Assembly: GCF_000181795.1 (NCBI RefSeq)
Contig: NW_003526941.1
Coordinates: forward strand, 62,001 to 126,000
Origin: Trichinella spiralis
Taxonomy: Eukaryota
Direction of reading: 5' to 3'
DNA length: 64,000 bases
Positions 17,301 through 30,802 of this stretch are shown here, piece by piece. The translations under genes and the position numbers were made by a program. The number at the start of each line of letters is the position of its first letter. Position 1 is the first letter of the stretch. Below the pieces are notes generated by a model, which searched no databases, was not told the DNA's origin, and saw only the letters and a program-made list of their open reading frames with translations.

Positions 17301-20300
17301 GCAGATTTCAGACCAATATGACGATATCCTGAAACAAAACTCGTTCATCATTTTATATCATTGATCATTTTTACTTTTAAAGGTATCAAAATTGATTGTT
17401 ATTTATTTTCAATTTGGCTAATTCCACTAACAGTTCATTCACCTGGTCTAAGGCCTACAACTGGTATCATACTGTGTCCAAGAAATGTAGCTCGATTGCT
17501 GTATTCGAAAACAACAAATCGAACGGAAGCAGCTTCTGGTAATATAACCTATAAGAACATTTAATTAGTTAATACCTTTTCATCAATTATCATAAATAAT
17601 ATAATAAATATAAAATAAAAAATTAGGCAAAAAGAAAACCTTCTGAAATTCAAAAGGCTTCGTATCAGCATCTAAATAAACAGGATTGATTCCATTATTC
17701 TCAACCAGCTTTGTGCGATATCGTTTACGGACGCAATCAGATGGAATTCCACACATTTCTACTTCAACAAAAGTATTTATCTTGGATAAAGACAACAACT
17801 GACCAGATATTATCTAAAAATTGAAAAAGTTGAATAATTTCATTTTCTGAAATTTCATTAACACTGACTAAAAAAATATTCCATTGATGATGTTCTCATA
17901 AAAATGGTATACACAACGACAAAACCTTGAGTTATAAAGTTGTCATTCGTTTATACAAATTATTTAATTGTACACTTTTTCATATGTCTCACTTGGATAG
18001 TTACTGAATTTGTAACAACATTTTCAATGGCACCCTCTTCCAATGGATCAAATGTTTTTCCAAATTCACGCATACATTTCGGCTTCAACAGATATCCACT
18101 ACGACCGTTCATTTCGAATTTTCCCAAGTTTATTTGCATTGGAGGTGTATCTAAAAGATGCAATGAAAAAATAAAATGAATAAAATACACACTAAAATAA
18201 AATAAATGTGCGTCATAAATTACCCAAAGTTTGAAAATTAAGAGCAACCAACTGGCAACCAACACTCCAAAATATTTGCGGGGCATAATTGCTAGAGTTC
18301 ATCCTATTTCCACGTGGATAGATTCGTGTACAACGATGCTTGTTGTAACTGTAAATGTGTGAATATGATACAATTACAAAATGTAACACATAAAGTCATC
18401 TTAACTCAAGTTTACCACTTATATAGCACTTATACACTTATACAACAGCAAATTGTCAATATACAATTGCAATGCAACTTGTAATTCTTTTTAGTGTAAA
18501 AAACGGATAAAAGTCATATCAAGTACATTGTGTGTGCTTACTTTATAAAGCTAGTAACATCTTTTTGCATCATTTCGTATCCTTTCACCTCTGAAAACGA
18601 AGTAACCTCATTGCTAAAATTTCTGCCTAAATGCAAAAAATAATTATTTATTTAATAATAAACTGAACTCATCAAATTCAAGCATTAGAATAGTAATGCA
18701 TTATCAATTACCAGAATAATTATTTTAAAGAAAATTCATTCCGCTTATTAATTGATGAAAATATATATTTTAGTATTTAAATTTGCGTTTCATTTAACTA
18801 TCTTTTATTTCATTTAAAAAAAGATAATAACTTTTTGCTTACTAGCACTGTCTTCAAACGATTTAAATTTCGTTGCTTTCATGTAATTTACTAACGCTGA
18901 TAATTCTTCAGATACCTCTAAATTTTTCTGAAAACCATTAAGCAACATATATATATATATATTGTTGATACAGACACAACACACCATATATATATATATA
19001 TATGTCAAAAATAAAAAAATGACCAACTTAACCAATTCATTCAACCAATTTATACCTTTGGTTTACCGGTTCCAAAAGTGTAGTCTTCACTCTCCTCATC
19101 ATCAGATATTGATTCCGTGTTGGATACTGCACTTTCGGTTGATTTGTCATCATCAACACTAAGTTGTGTACGTGATAAATTGCCAATTTTGTTCAGTGTC
19201 AAGGTGCTTGCTGATAATATAAAATCTCGGTCGACACTGGTAGCATTAGCTTTACTTCGACGACCTGGAATGCAAATTTATATGTCTCTGAAAACAATGA
19301 TAAATTTCAAACATATATATTAAAGCAATTGCAATAATCACGACAAATTTACAGCTCGATCATTTCATTCGTCAACAGTACAGCTGCGTGCGCATAAAAA
19401 ATAAATCTGCCACCATCACAATTGAAGCAATTATATACTAATCATATATATATATATATATGTTAAGTTATTAAAATGAAAAATGAAAACTGCTATAATT
19501 TAAAAACAAACTCTTCAAATATTTTAAAAATCAACTGATTACGCTTCACTTTCTGTAGAAAAACACACTTTTCAGTTCCAGTTGTTCATTTAGAATCGCA
19601 TTCTGAACAATTCTCTTGCTTAGTATTAAAAATTATTCTATATTGATCAAATTCCTCTGTGTTGTAAAAATTTCACTTCATTTAAGTCAAATTACCAATG
19701 CTTCCTTTTCCATCTGCAACACTTCGTCGACATTTAATCAATATCTTCCCTTGAAGAGCATTCGGTGAAGGCAACGGAACACCTGCTTCAATCTAAACAT
19801 ATCACTTTTCAAAACAAAATTATAACAATGATATAGAACAACAAACCTTATTACTTGAAAGTGGTTCCATTAGCAGTCGATCTCCAAAAATCTCCTTACA
19901 AATTTCAGCAACTTTTTGTTGATTTTTCAAACTGATATTGCAAATATATAAAATTAATAAAAGCGTTGAACAACAATGCAAAATCAATTCCATATTACAT
20001 AAATTCAATTAAATTTACAATAACAGAGCACAGTTTTATGAAGAACTATTCAACATTGAATACAAGTGAACTAATTCATAAATAATTACAGTCAATTATA
20101 TACATTTATCATTTCAATATCAAATAAATTGAAAATGAAATTTCTACTAAGTTGAAATTATTTTCACTGTATACCAAAGTATATCATTAGAGAACTTTTC
20201 ATTTTTACCAATAAGTATCAAGCACAATAACAAAGTTATTCAATAATAAACTGTTCAACTGAAAAAAATAAAAAACAGTTTACCTGCATCGAATTTCCAA

Positions 20301-23114
20301 AGAAAGAATAACGGGATACAAAGATGTCTTAAAAGCAGAGTCGGCAATAGCTTCCAGTACATCCTAATTTTAAACACAGTTCAGTAAAGCTATTTTCAAA
20401 AATCAGAAGCATCGACTTGAACAAAGTCACCCTTATCGGTATTTCTGGAACCATTGTAACCAACGGGGGACCATGAGTTATTACAGGATCTCCGTTTTTT
20501 CGATCCCATATGTCCAATTCCACGCATCTGCAGCCGGAAATCAAAACTTGCCTATACATTTCAGCACTGCATTTAGCTTGAAGACCAACTTGCGGACCTA
20601 ATTTTAAATAATAACCATATATTTAATTTAAAAATGTAAAATTTTTTATAAGCAGCAACATAAGATTTTTATAATAATACATGACAAGAGCAACGAATTA
20701 ATTCAGTATCACAAAAACAACTGCTGAAAATACAGTAAACTTCATAAACAAAAAAAAACAAAAACTCAAGTAAAAAATTTACCTGTTAAATAAGTATTAT
20801 GTGAACTGTTGATCATGTAATGCGCAAGTGGCTCGTTCATTTGCTTCTCTTGAACAACTAAACAATCTTCATTACATGGCAGACTATCTTCACTGAGTAG
20901 AAAATGTAAAAATCCCATAAATGACAAACGTCCTTAATAAACAACAACACAAACAAAAAAATTGTATCTGATAAAACAATATCCACTATTGTACTTACTG
21001 GTTGATTTAAGATTCTTCTTGATTTCATATTTTTCGATCAACGTCCGTGCATTTTCCAATGTAAAAGGAGGAAACAAAAGTTCGTTCAATCTTGGATCAC
21101 GTTGATGCCTATTTAGAAAGGCACAAAATTCTCTATCATTCAACGTAGACATCACCTGCTCGTCTTGGCTAGTCAGATTTCCTTTCACTTCAGCGCAACT
21201 AAAACAATTTCACTATGATTTTAAATAATAATGTGAACTTCTTTTTCCAAATCTCAACTTTAAACTGCAAATTCTACACTATAAAAATTAAGGTTCAATT
21301 TTATACTTTTTTATTTCACACTTTAATAATTCTTTTTATAAATATAATCAATTTCAAGCACTTTTCAAGTACAATATCAGTTCTTCATAATGTTATCATT
21401 TGAATTGTCTGTTAACTGTCAAAATGTATTAAAAAATTTTTAATGGAATTCAAGAATTATTTAAATTTTCAATCCTTGTAAAGGAATAAAATTTAACTTT
21501 GTCAATAAAATGCCGGCTAATTTAAGAAACAGTTTAAGAACAACGATCCTAATATAAAATTATTTTCACGCAAAAAACTTAAAACTAAACAAACTGAGAA
21601 AAACTGTAAAGCTATTTTAATCTTATTTATTTATTATTTATTTATATTTATGAAAAGTTATTTATAAAGTCAAATTAAACTATTTCAAAACATATTCCCT
21701 TAATATCACCAAACTCACATATTGGAAAATACTTCGTCAACTTCGCGTCGGCATGTTAGACAAGTGTAAAACAGAAAAAACCGCTCTTTGCTCAAATCAT
21801 CCATCTTCATAACCGTCAAATTGATGTTTTCCAATAATCCACTGTCCACCATAGCTTTTTCAACAATCTTACGATCATCTTTGTTTAAAGCAAATAAATT
21901 CAATACATCTTTAGTAGGAATTTCATTCGTGCCAAAACAATAACGCATTTTCGCATATGCAACGTTCAAATAATCCAAAACGCAGCCATTACGAAACAAT
22001 ACATTGCTAGCTCGGCGAAACAATTCTTCAGCCCAATTCTATGTAGAAACAAGAAAAATTAAATATATTCCAACATAATTATGCTATTTCTACATATAAC
22101 TGATAATATATCGCAATTATGTTGGACATTTTTTAACGCACAAAATATAAATTTATTACCTCTGAAATTCTTTAATTTATAATAAAATCGCTTACTTTAT
22201 TTTGTCTCAACTTTAATATTAAGACTGAAAATTGAACAAAATAAACAAAATATTATTATTATTACCTGAGCAGATTGTGAAGATGAAGCGAGAAAAATGT
22301 GAAATCGAAGATCGATGAACGTGTCGCCAGTAACAATTGTTAATAAACAGTCTTCAAAAGATGAATTCGTATTCAAAAGTGACAAAACAGCTTTGTGATT
22401 TTTCCATTTTTCCATTTCCTGAAAGAATCATTTTGTCCTTCGTTATTGATAAGCAAAAGTAACTCTAAGCAAATTATTAATATATGTAAAACAAATAAAT
22501 ACCAAACACATAAACATATGTATTTACACGGTTGATAGCAATAAAATTACAATAAATAGCCATCAAAAAAGTAAATAGTTGAATAACTACGCGTGAAATA
22601 TGTAATTTAACATCGATACGGCTTTCAACATCGTAATTATGTATAAAACTTCAAATTAAATTAAATTAAAATTAAACTGAAACATCGTTATCATGCAACT
22701 GCAATCTGAACCAGCAACAAATACACTTGAATGCACGGTATGTTTTATCATACCATACAATATGCGCATACCTTTATTACTTTTGCGCTTTTCCCATGTC
22801 TGCTGTCCAAAATATCCAGAATCTCAATGCATTCAATTTCCTACAAGTAAAAATATTTCACTGCTATTTATCAAAAAGTTAACAAATAAAAAAATTAGAA
22901 AATTAACAGGTTTTTATTAACATTTTTCAATTTGTTTCAAAAAATTTCTATACTGGCAAAACTTTTAATTTCAAATATTCTCAACAACTAGCCCATTCAT
23001 CCCGTAGCCCTTTCTGATTTTTATTCCACATTTTACGTTTTTATTATATATCAAATAATCCCATTGCTTTTCATCAGCTGACTAGCATACTGTACAATAA
23101 TAATAATAATAATA

Positions 23115-23206
<92 letters not shown>

Positions 23207-24247
23207 TGCCCATTTACTTGTAAAATGTGATTATGATATTATGATATTTTTATTATTATTATATTCGCCATTTTGCATGAATATGCATGAATTTAAATTC
23301 AAAGTCATTTCACATGCATAGATTGAATAAAAACAAATCGAACCGTTAGTTGAATCTCGAATGAAAACATTTATTGAAAATGAAGTCGATTTATCATTCC
23401 AGATGATGAACTTTATTATAAGCTATGGAAAATATTACATTTAAATATCTTCCACATCAATGACAACGCCTTCATTTTTGTGATTCATTCAATATTGTAT
23501 AGTAAAATTAATTTAAAAAACAACACACATTTACAACAAATAGAAATTAAGGAAAACAATATTTGATTATTAGTAAGAAAAAAACTTATAACTTTACCAA
23601 AGTAGTCGTATCACAAAAATACATGATAACACCATCTGGGTCGAGACGCATTAATTGAGTTGATTCGTTTGCAAGACATCCAGTCTAAAATATAAAAATT
23701 AAACTACAATATCATAAATAATAGCATTAAAGTATGGAGTTATTACATACTTTTTCATGTAAATAAATAATTTAAATATTACTATACCTGCAATATGTTC
23801 TGTTCTCCTTTGGTTAGTTTCACATGCAAAATTTATTGTAAATCAAAAATATTATAAATTGTTGAATCTTGAGAGTAATTAATTTGCAATTTGCAATTGC
23901 CCAACACTGAACTCTGCTTCAAATCAATTCACTATTTATTCTTACCTTAATTAATCATCAGTAATATTTAATATACGCTAAACAGTCAATCACTTTTGAG
24001 TATTCTTTTTCATAAAAATATACTAAAATTAAAAAAAAAGAAAGTTAAAGAAAAATATATTTAAATACATTCAAAACGGCTAAAATAGCTAAAAACATTC
24101 TCATGTAGAAAATAATAAACTTCAACTTTTAATACTGAAATACGGAAAACGTGCTGCTCCATAACAAACCTCGTCGAACTTTAAAAACAGTTCTCCTTTT
24201 ATAAATTTTTCATCGACAGTTGCAAAACTCCTTCCAATCATGGTCAT
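14349..24247 (-). CDS. Phosphoinositide phospholipase C, beta-like (PH, EF-hand, X/Y catalytic, C2, C-terminal coiled coil), many exons
   Basis: [99 protein letters not shown]; start MTMIGRSF at 24247; probable last exon ...GIMPKD* at 14349; internal exon boundaries partly approximate. Confidence 0.9.
23096..23206. repeat. (TAA)n microsatellite, ~110 bp, in a PLC intron
   Basis: Near-perfect taa repeat run with one interruption. Confidence 0.95.
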
Positions 24248-25555
24248 TTCAGTAATATTTGCTGAAAAGAAGAAAATTTAAAATTCAACAATTAAAACAT
24301 TTTAATAATATTAATAATAAATTTAAGATAAATTTGTATACTTACAACGCAGACAGGTTAATTTTCACTTTAGACATTGAACAGTGAAAATTAGTTAGTC
24401 AGTTAGTTGTCTCTGCTTTTGAGTGGCAAGCAAGAAAATGGAAAAATTATTAAAATGTCACGTCTAATTTTTAACTCAAAATCGTTGATGACAAAAGGAA
24501 AATTTTAAAGCAAAATGATCGTTGAGATGGCTAATTACAAGCTGAAAATTTCATGCAGTGTTGGACACGCCAGGCAGCTGAGTAGGAGAAAATCTTTTAC
24601 TGGCTTTCAATTGGCTAACTACCACTGACGGCTTCTGCTCACTATTTCTCTCCCCCCCCCCTATTTTCTCTCTTTATTACTCTGTTTTTTTCCATTTTAC
24701 TATACCATTGGCATTTCACAAATCCTGTATGAACATTCAAATGCTATATCCAAAAGCCGATATAAATTCAAATGCAGACAAACACTGACGCCTGTTTTGC
24801 ATGAATAGAAGGCAAATTAGCCACGATCACCAAGGCACTTACTTGAGTAATAAGCATACTGCTTTGTACTGGCATTGTCAAAAATAATGAACATTGTGCA
24901 ACAAATGCACTTGTCGCTTTACGTCATGTTCCTCTTCTTCTTCCTGCTCTTTTTTTATTCTTCTTCTTCTCCTCTGATGTGCTATACATCACGAACTCTC
25001 TGTTGGGATGTGACAAGCTTTTTCTTTTTCTTCTGTGTCTGGTCACTCTTTAAATAAAATAAACGAAAAATAAAAATTCAATAGCAATGTCAGCTTAACT
25101 TCAAATTATCTATACAATTTATAAACAATAATAACATCACTTCAATAATATTTCAAATTTAAATAAAGAGAACTAATAACTTGCCATACATACATAGAAA
25201 AATATAATTCAATCAATTTTATACTACAGACTGAATATATGCTGCATAAAAAATGTAAAAAATGATTTTTATTTGAAATTTTCACTCCCAAATGCTTTCA
25301 ACAAACAACAAATCAACATGACAATATTTCACTGATTTCCGCTGATAATGAAATGAAATAATAAATATGAATTTTCACTGCCAAAACTTTTTTTCTCTAC
25401 TACACTGACAGTTCAACACGTTACAACTCTGTTTTCTTCTTTTTTCTTCTTAATAAATACTTTTCCAATTATTAAAAATAATTAACTTCAAGAATATCAC
25501 ACTGCCAGTATAATAAGTAAAACAAAGCAAAGCACAAAAGCAAAATAAACATTAC

Positions 25556-25594
<39 letters not shown>

Positions 25595-28150
25595 ATGTAA
25601 GAACTTCAGCTGGACCAATTTTTCACAGATAGCCTTCGCATATTATTCGAAAAATACAAATGCAAACAAAAGCAGTACTTTTTCATGTTTCCTGTTATGA
25701 GTTTTCAATTTCAGCATTTATTTATCATAAAAAGAATAACTTACATTATTATTCATTTATTTGTAAATAACTTTTTATAATATGATTTAAACCTGCAAAA
25801 AAACCAGTAAAAATTTAAATTTAAAATCAACTACAATTACTACAACAGTTTCAGAATTTCTCAAAAGTTTTACTTTATGAACAATTTACATTATTCATTC
25901 ACAAAGCATATAATAATATTCTCGATTTGGAACAAATTTACAAAACTTAACAGCTACGAAATGTTCGAATTCACGCAGTTATTAACAGAACAAAACAGCT
26001 TTACGGGAGATTATTTAAGGTAAATAATAATAATAAATCATCACTTCCACTCATGAAAACAAATATAAAGCAACAAAACGTAAAATACAATAATATTTCT
26101 TTTCTTTTTCTGTACAACAAAACAACACCTCATTTATGCAAAGAGAACTGAACCTCCACGAGTTATCATCATCAGAATAAATTAATTGACATTTGGTCAT
26201 TACTGCATTTGTGGCACTTGGTCAACAGTTAATGTCGTGCCACTTGATGATGAACAAAAAATTTCATAAAATTACTTTTCATAATAGTGGAACTGTTAAA
26301 ATAGATTGTTCAATTGTGCGCATGCAGTACAACTTTTACGCTAGTTAGACACAATTCAACAAATAATGATTTTTCATACATGAAAAGAAAGGATTTCTTC
26401 AATGTCAATCAAAGCAGAAAAATCTTCACATTCCAGCTTCTTGTTTTTTTTTAAATTCATGCTTTAATTAAAAATTCAATCTTCAGAATTCATCTTCACA
26501 TTATGACAGCAATAAATTTTCTAATAGGAAACCAACAGTTGTCCATTGCAAAAAATTGAAATGAAAATCAGCCGCATATTCAGTCAAAAGTTAAACATTG
26601 ACAATCGATAATCTGCCAAGCATTTTAAAATCCATATGATTATGCAGCTGTTTACTTTTCGAACAATAAATGAAATATTACTACTCCTCCATCAATGTTC
26701 ATTTCATTTGCAATTACCCGTCATACAATGCAAATATCTGATTAGTGTAAAAATTAACATGTATAAAAAAATTTTTCATTTATATCTTCAGAAAATTAAA
26801 TCAATGTTTAAATAAACTAAATGAACGTTTTTGATCTCTCGACAACACAAACTGACAGTGGGAAATATTGTAAAAACTGTCAAAATTATAACATCTCATT
26901 TTTTTACAAATATAACAACACTTCAATTTCAAAATCGATCAACACCTGATAAGATTATATTAAATATTACAGCTTATATAAATTCATTCAGCGTTCTGTT
27001 CTGCATTAACCCCCTCATAGGATAGGACATAATTATCGATAACCGTGTAGAAAATATTGGTAAAGAAAGTTATTACAAAACAATTTGTCAATATTTAATC
27101 TTATTTTAAGTTATTTTGTAGATTTAATTGATAACTTGTTTTCAATGACTTGCTTTTCACATCCGTCATGCGCTAGCTACTGCTATTAAACATCTCCGAC
27201 CGTTGAATATTATATCCCTGTTTCCATCATTTACGAGAACCATATATTTGATTATTAGATTTATAATTCAATAAAAATTAAAGGCTACTTCAGATCAGTT
27301 AAGTCTATCAACTTTATAAGATAAATTATTATCGTAAAAAGAAGCTGCGTATCAGTTTTATCGGCACTTCCGACTGCGTCAGCAAATAAAAACGCAAAAT
27401 TTATATTCAGGCAATGAAAAATATCAGTTACCAAATTTGCACTTCACGATAACACAAAACCCCCTCAATCAGAGAACAACACATCCAAGATAATTTCAGC
27501 TAAAGCACAATTTTTAAATTTATTTCCATTTTCAAATGGCTGACTTCACAATGAAAAATTTTAATCCCACTAATGAACAATCTACATTTTAATGAAAGTT
27601 ATTCAGGTTTCTTGTATTCAAAAAGAAACTGCAATTAGCTTCCGATTATGATTATTATTACTTATTAGTGAAATTCACCTTCATATAAATATCAGCGTTG
27701 TAGAGACTGAATTGGTGAAGGGTTGTTGTGAAAAATTTTGAAGTAAATAAAAGTTAATTTAAAAAACTAAAATATAATGCTTATAACTCATAAATATAAA
27801 TATAAATATAAACCTAATTTCATATATACTTAAGTGTCGCAAGAAATAAATATAATTTTAAATTACATAAATCCAATTTGCCATTACAGACTTTACAGTA
27901 TGAAAAATAATGCTTAAATAACTTTAAGCAATTACTGTATCGGTAGTTTCTCACATAAAAGTAAACTGCTTGAAATTGTGCTTTCTAACCGCTAATTTTA
28001 AACAGAAGTATTATTCAGAATTTGAAATAATTTACTTCCAAACAGTGAAATTCTTTCAATGAACCACAACCACTGCCTCGAGCCTTGCTATAGATGGTTT
28101 GTCAAAGCTGTCAATCTTATGTTCTACTTATAATCTGCCTTTTAAGAGAT

Positions 28151-28757
28151 ATGCTATATTTACTCAGACCCGCATTTGCTCGATCAAAGTGCATTCTTTT
28201 TGACTTTTCCAACCATTTCTCGTAACTAATGAAATTCAATCGGACGTGGAAACCATATTTCAACTGTTCGTGTGTTTTATTTATAGGCTCTCTGCACTGA
28301 GTTCTGAAGGAATAATTGTCGCTTATCATCCTCGAAAACCTTTTCCATACGAACACAGCAAAGTATAATTGTTTATTATGATTGAATTTTCATTCTCATG
28401 ATTTTGATCCTTTCAGCCTGTTCTGCTGAACGCTACTGCAACTGAAAAGGTATCTTGCGCAACGAATTAGTTAGATATATAGTAGATACGTAGATATTTT
28501 CTTTTATTTAGGAAGACGACAGCATTTTATCTGAAGAAGTGCAAGAACGCTATAAAACAGTCCATTACCCACGTGGTCCCAGTTTGCCTGACTGCCAAAA
28601 TATGTTTTACACAAACAAGCATGTATTTCACATTAAGTAAGTTTTTATTATTTTACATTTATTTATAAGGTAATTATTATATTTAAATTACAGACCTAGA
28701 AAAACAAGAATTGCCAGTACTCTGCCTGAAGAACCTACTGTTCGAAAAGGATTATAA
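28151..28757 (+). CDS. MRPL42: Mitochondrial ribosomal protein mL42 (MRPL42/MRPS32), five exons
   Basis: Exons 28151-28221, 28287-28362, 28417-28449, 28512-28636 and 28694-28757 join in phase at GT-AG introns: MLYLLRPAFARSK...ALSSEGIIVAYHPRKPFPYEHSKP...RGPSLPDCQNMFYTNKHVF...RKGL*. This resembles the mL42 motifs IVCYHP..PYEHTKP and GP...MFFTTKH. An alternative in-frame ATG is at 28094. Confidence 0.85.
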
Positions 28758-29500
28758 TGCATGTCTCTTCAAGTTGCAAAAAAATTCCAATTTATGCAAA
28801 ATGGTTGGGCAAAATATCATATGTAGAAGGTTTACGTTGGCAAAGTATTTATGAACAGAAACTATCTGGGCATTTTACGCATTTGATTGTTAAGAAATTC
28901 AATGAAGAAGACATGATCTGTCATACGATATTGCTGTTAGAACATTTTCCAGTTTATACTATAGGACTACGTACAAGAAGTTATCCGGAAGAATTGAAAA
29001 AAAAATTAGAATGTTTAGGCGCTGATTTCTACAAAACTAATCGAGGCGGTTTGATCACATTTCATGGTCCTGGACAACTGGTGGCTTATCCTATTTTATA
29101 TCTTCCTGAATTTCACTCGCGGCCATTCAGCAAATGGTATGTAAATCAACTGGAAAAGTGTTTGATTGAAGTTTGCTCTAGTTTTGATGTGAAAGCCTAC
29201 GCCCCTGGATCACCGTTGACTGGAGTATGGGTAAATGATCGTAAAATAGCTTCAATAGGGCTTCGATTGAAAAACGACATCAGCACTCATGGAATCGCAT
29301 TGAACTGCAACATCGATTTGAGTTGGTTTGAACACATTGATCCTTGTGGCCTGATTGGGAAACAAATGACATCTTTAAGTTCAGAAACAGAAACCGACGT
29401 TACTGTACACGATGTTATTGAACCTTTCCTGAAAGCTTTCAACAAATACTTTGGACGAGAAGTTATTCTCAAAAATAAAGCTGAATTGGCCGCGTCATAA
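28757..29500 (+). CDS. LIPT2: Octanoyl-[ACP]:protein octanoyltransferase (LipB/LIPT2), intronless
   Basis: LLLEHFPVYTIG, RGGLITFHGPGQLVAYPI, TGVWV..RKIASIG, HGIALN, HIDPCG motifs. Confidence 0.95.
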   Translation: MHVSSSCKKIPIYAKWLGKISYVEGLRWQSIYEQKLSGHFTHLIVKKFNEEDMICHTILLLEHFPVYTIGLRTRSYPEELKKKLECLGADFYKTNRGGLITFHGPGQLVAYPILYLPEFHSRPFSKWYVNQLEKCLIEVCSSFDVKAYAPGSPLTGVWVNDRKIASIGLRLKNDISTHGIALNCNIDLSWFEHIDPCGLIGKQMTSLSSETETDVTVHDVIEPFLKAFNKYFGREVILKNKAELAAS

Positions 29501-30727
29501 TCGTCATCATCTCTTATTTAATGTGCATGCTAATTTCTATCATTGAATTAAATATATGCAAATATGGTATAATTATTGTTCTTCATGAAAATTAAAAACA
29601 TTCTGAATTGCAGAGTGCACATTATTTAAAAATATAACCATAATTCTTCATGATGATAAAATTCTAAATTAAGCATTACAGTACAAATTGAAAAAAAAAA
29701 CTGGAGCTTCTTAACCAATTTTATAGCTTTGGTATGCAATGTAAATACAGTTAGTTAGATAAGAATAACACAAGATGCTCCCAAGCAAAACAACGTGAAC
29801 TGCAACAAAACCAATGTTTTCATAACTAGGCAAATTGATGAGAATGTGATAGTATAAGCGTTTTTATGGCCACTTTTAGAAATAATGATTCAACTGAAGA
29901 GAATAAATGACAGTTACTTAAAAATGATATACTTTCCGTTTCGTTGCTGTTTCACACACTAAAACTCTTAACGTACAAACAACGAGTGCCTAAGTGTGAC
30001 AAATAGGTGAATATCAACATCAAATACATATGATACTAGTACTGAAGCGCTTTGCCAATAAAAGACCCTTCATTTGCTACTATGCTCACTAGTACCCGAG
30101 AAATTATTTTTTTTAATAAAAAGTTCCATTATCCGATTATTCAAATTAAACTTTTAAATTATTAAACATTAAAGCACTACAAAAGAGAACAACCTATTGA
30201 AATTGCTCAGCTCAATCGGTTGAACTGTTTAAAAAAACAATAATATTAATTATGTAAACAACTTACTAACAAAGAACGCCCAATCATTGGATATGAAACC
30301 ATTTTGTCGGATGCCAAGAAGGTATTTGAGATCTGCGGCCAGTTCCTTCAATTAGATATTCATAATAAACCTATTTATAAATGTAATGTAAAAAATATAG
30401 TAATGTAAAAAACGGGGCTCCGATAAAATGCATATAGCAAATTCATTACAGAAATAAACATTTTATTATCCCGTAATATATATTACAGGAGTAAGTATGA
30501 CAAAATGATATGAAACCACAAGAAGAGAAGCAACTATAATGATTAAAATAATGAAGAAAATAAATACTACACACAATAAACAAATTTCAAAATCTAATAT
30601 AACTGCAACAATATATAATATAAATTGTATATTATATATACAAGATAGAAACTGCAGTATAAAAGTGCCTTCTTCGTGTATATAATTTCCTCATGCTGAA
30701 AAAAATTCATAAACCAGATGTAAAAAA

Positions 30728-30758
<31 letters not shown>

Positions 30759-30802
30759 TCTGAAGGATATATTTCGGAATACAGATAACTATTATAAAAA
30801 CA

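Noticed and set aside
18270..18295. Apparent frameshift in the PLC Y-box
   Set aside because: Recounting the C run gives AAT TAT GCC CCG CAA (NYAPQ), in frame; the ORF track simply shows another frame
18577..18586. GTATCCTT U12-type donor-like motif (also ATATCCTT on the minus strand near 30765)
   Set aside because: The first is on the strand opposite a PLC exon; the second is in a 3' UTR with no matching branch site or acceptor seen
26197..26253. Short inverted repeat GTGGCAC...GTGCCAC, possible hairpin RNA
   Set aside because: Stem too short and imperfect to support a miRNA or ncRNA call by eye
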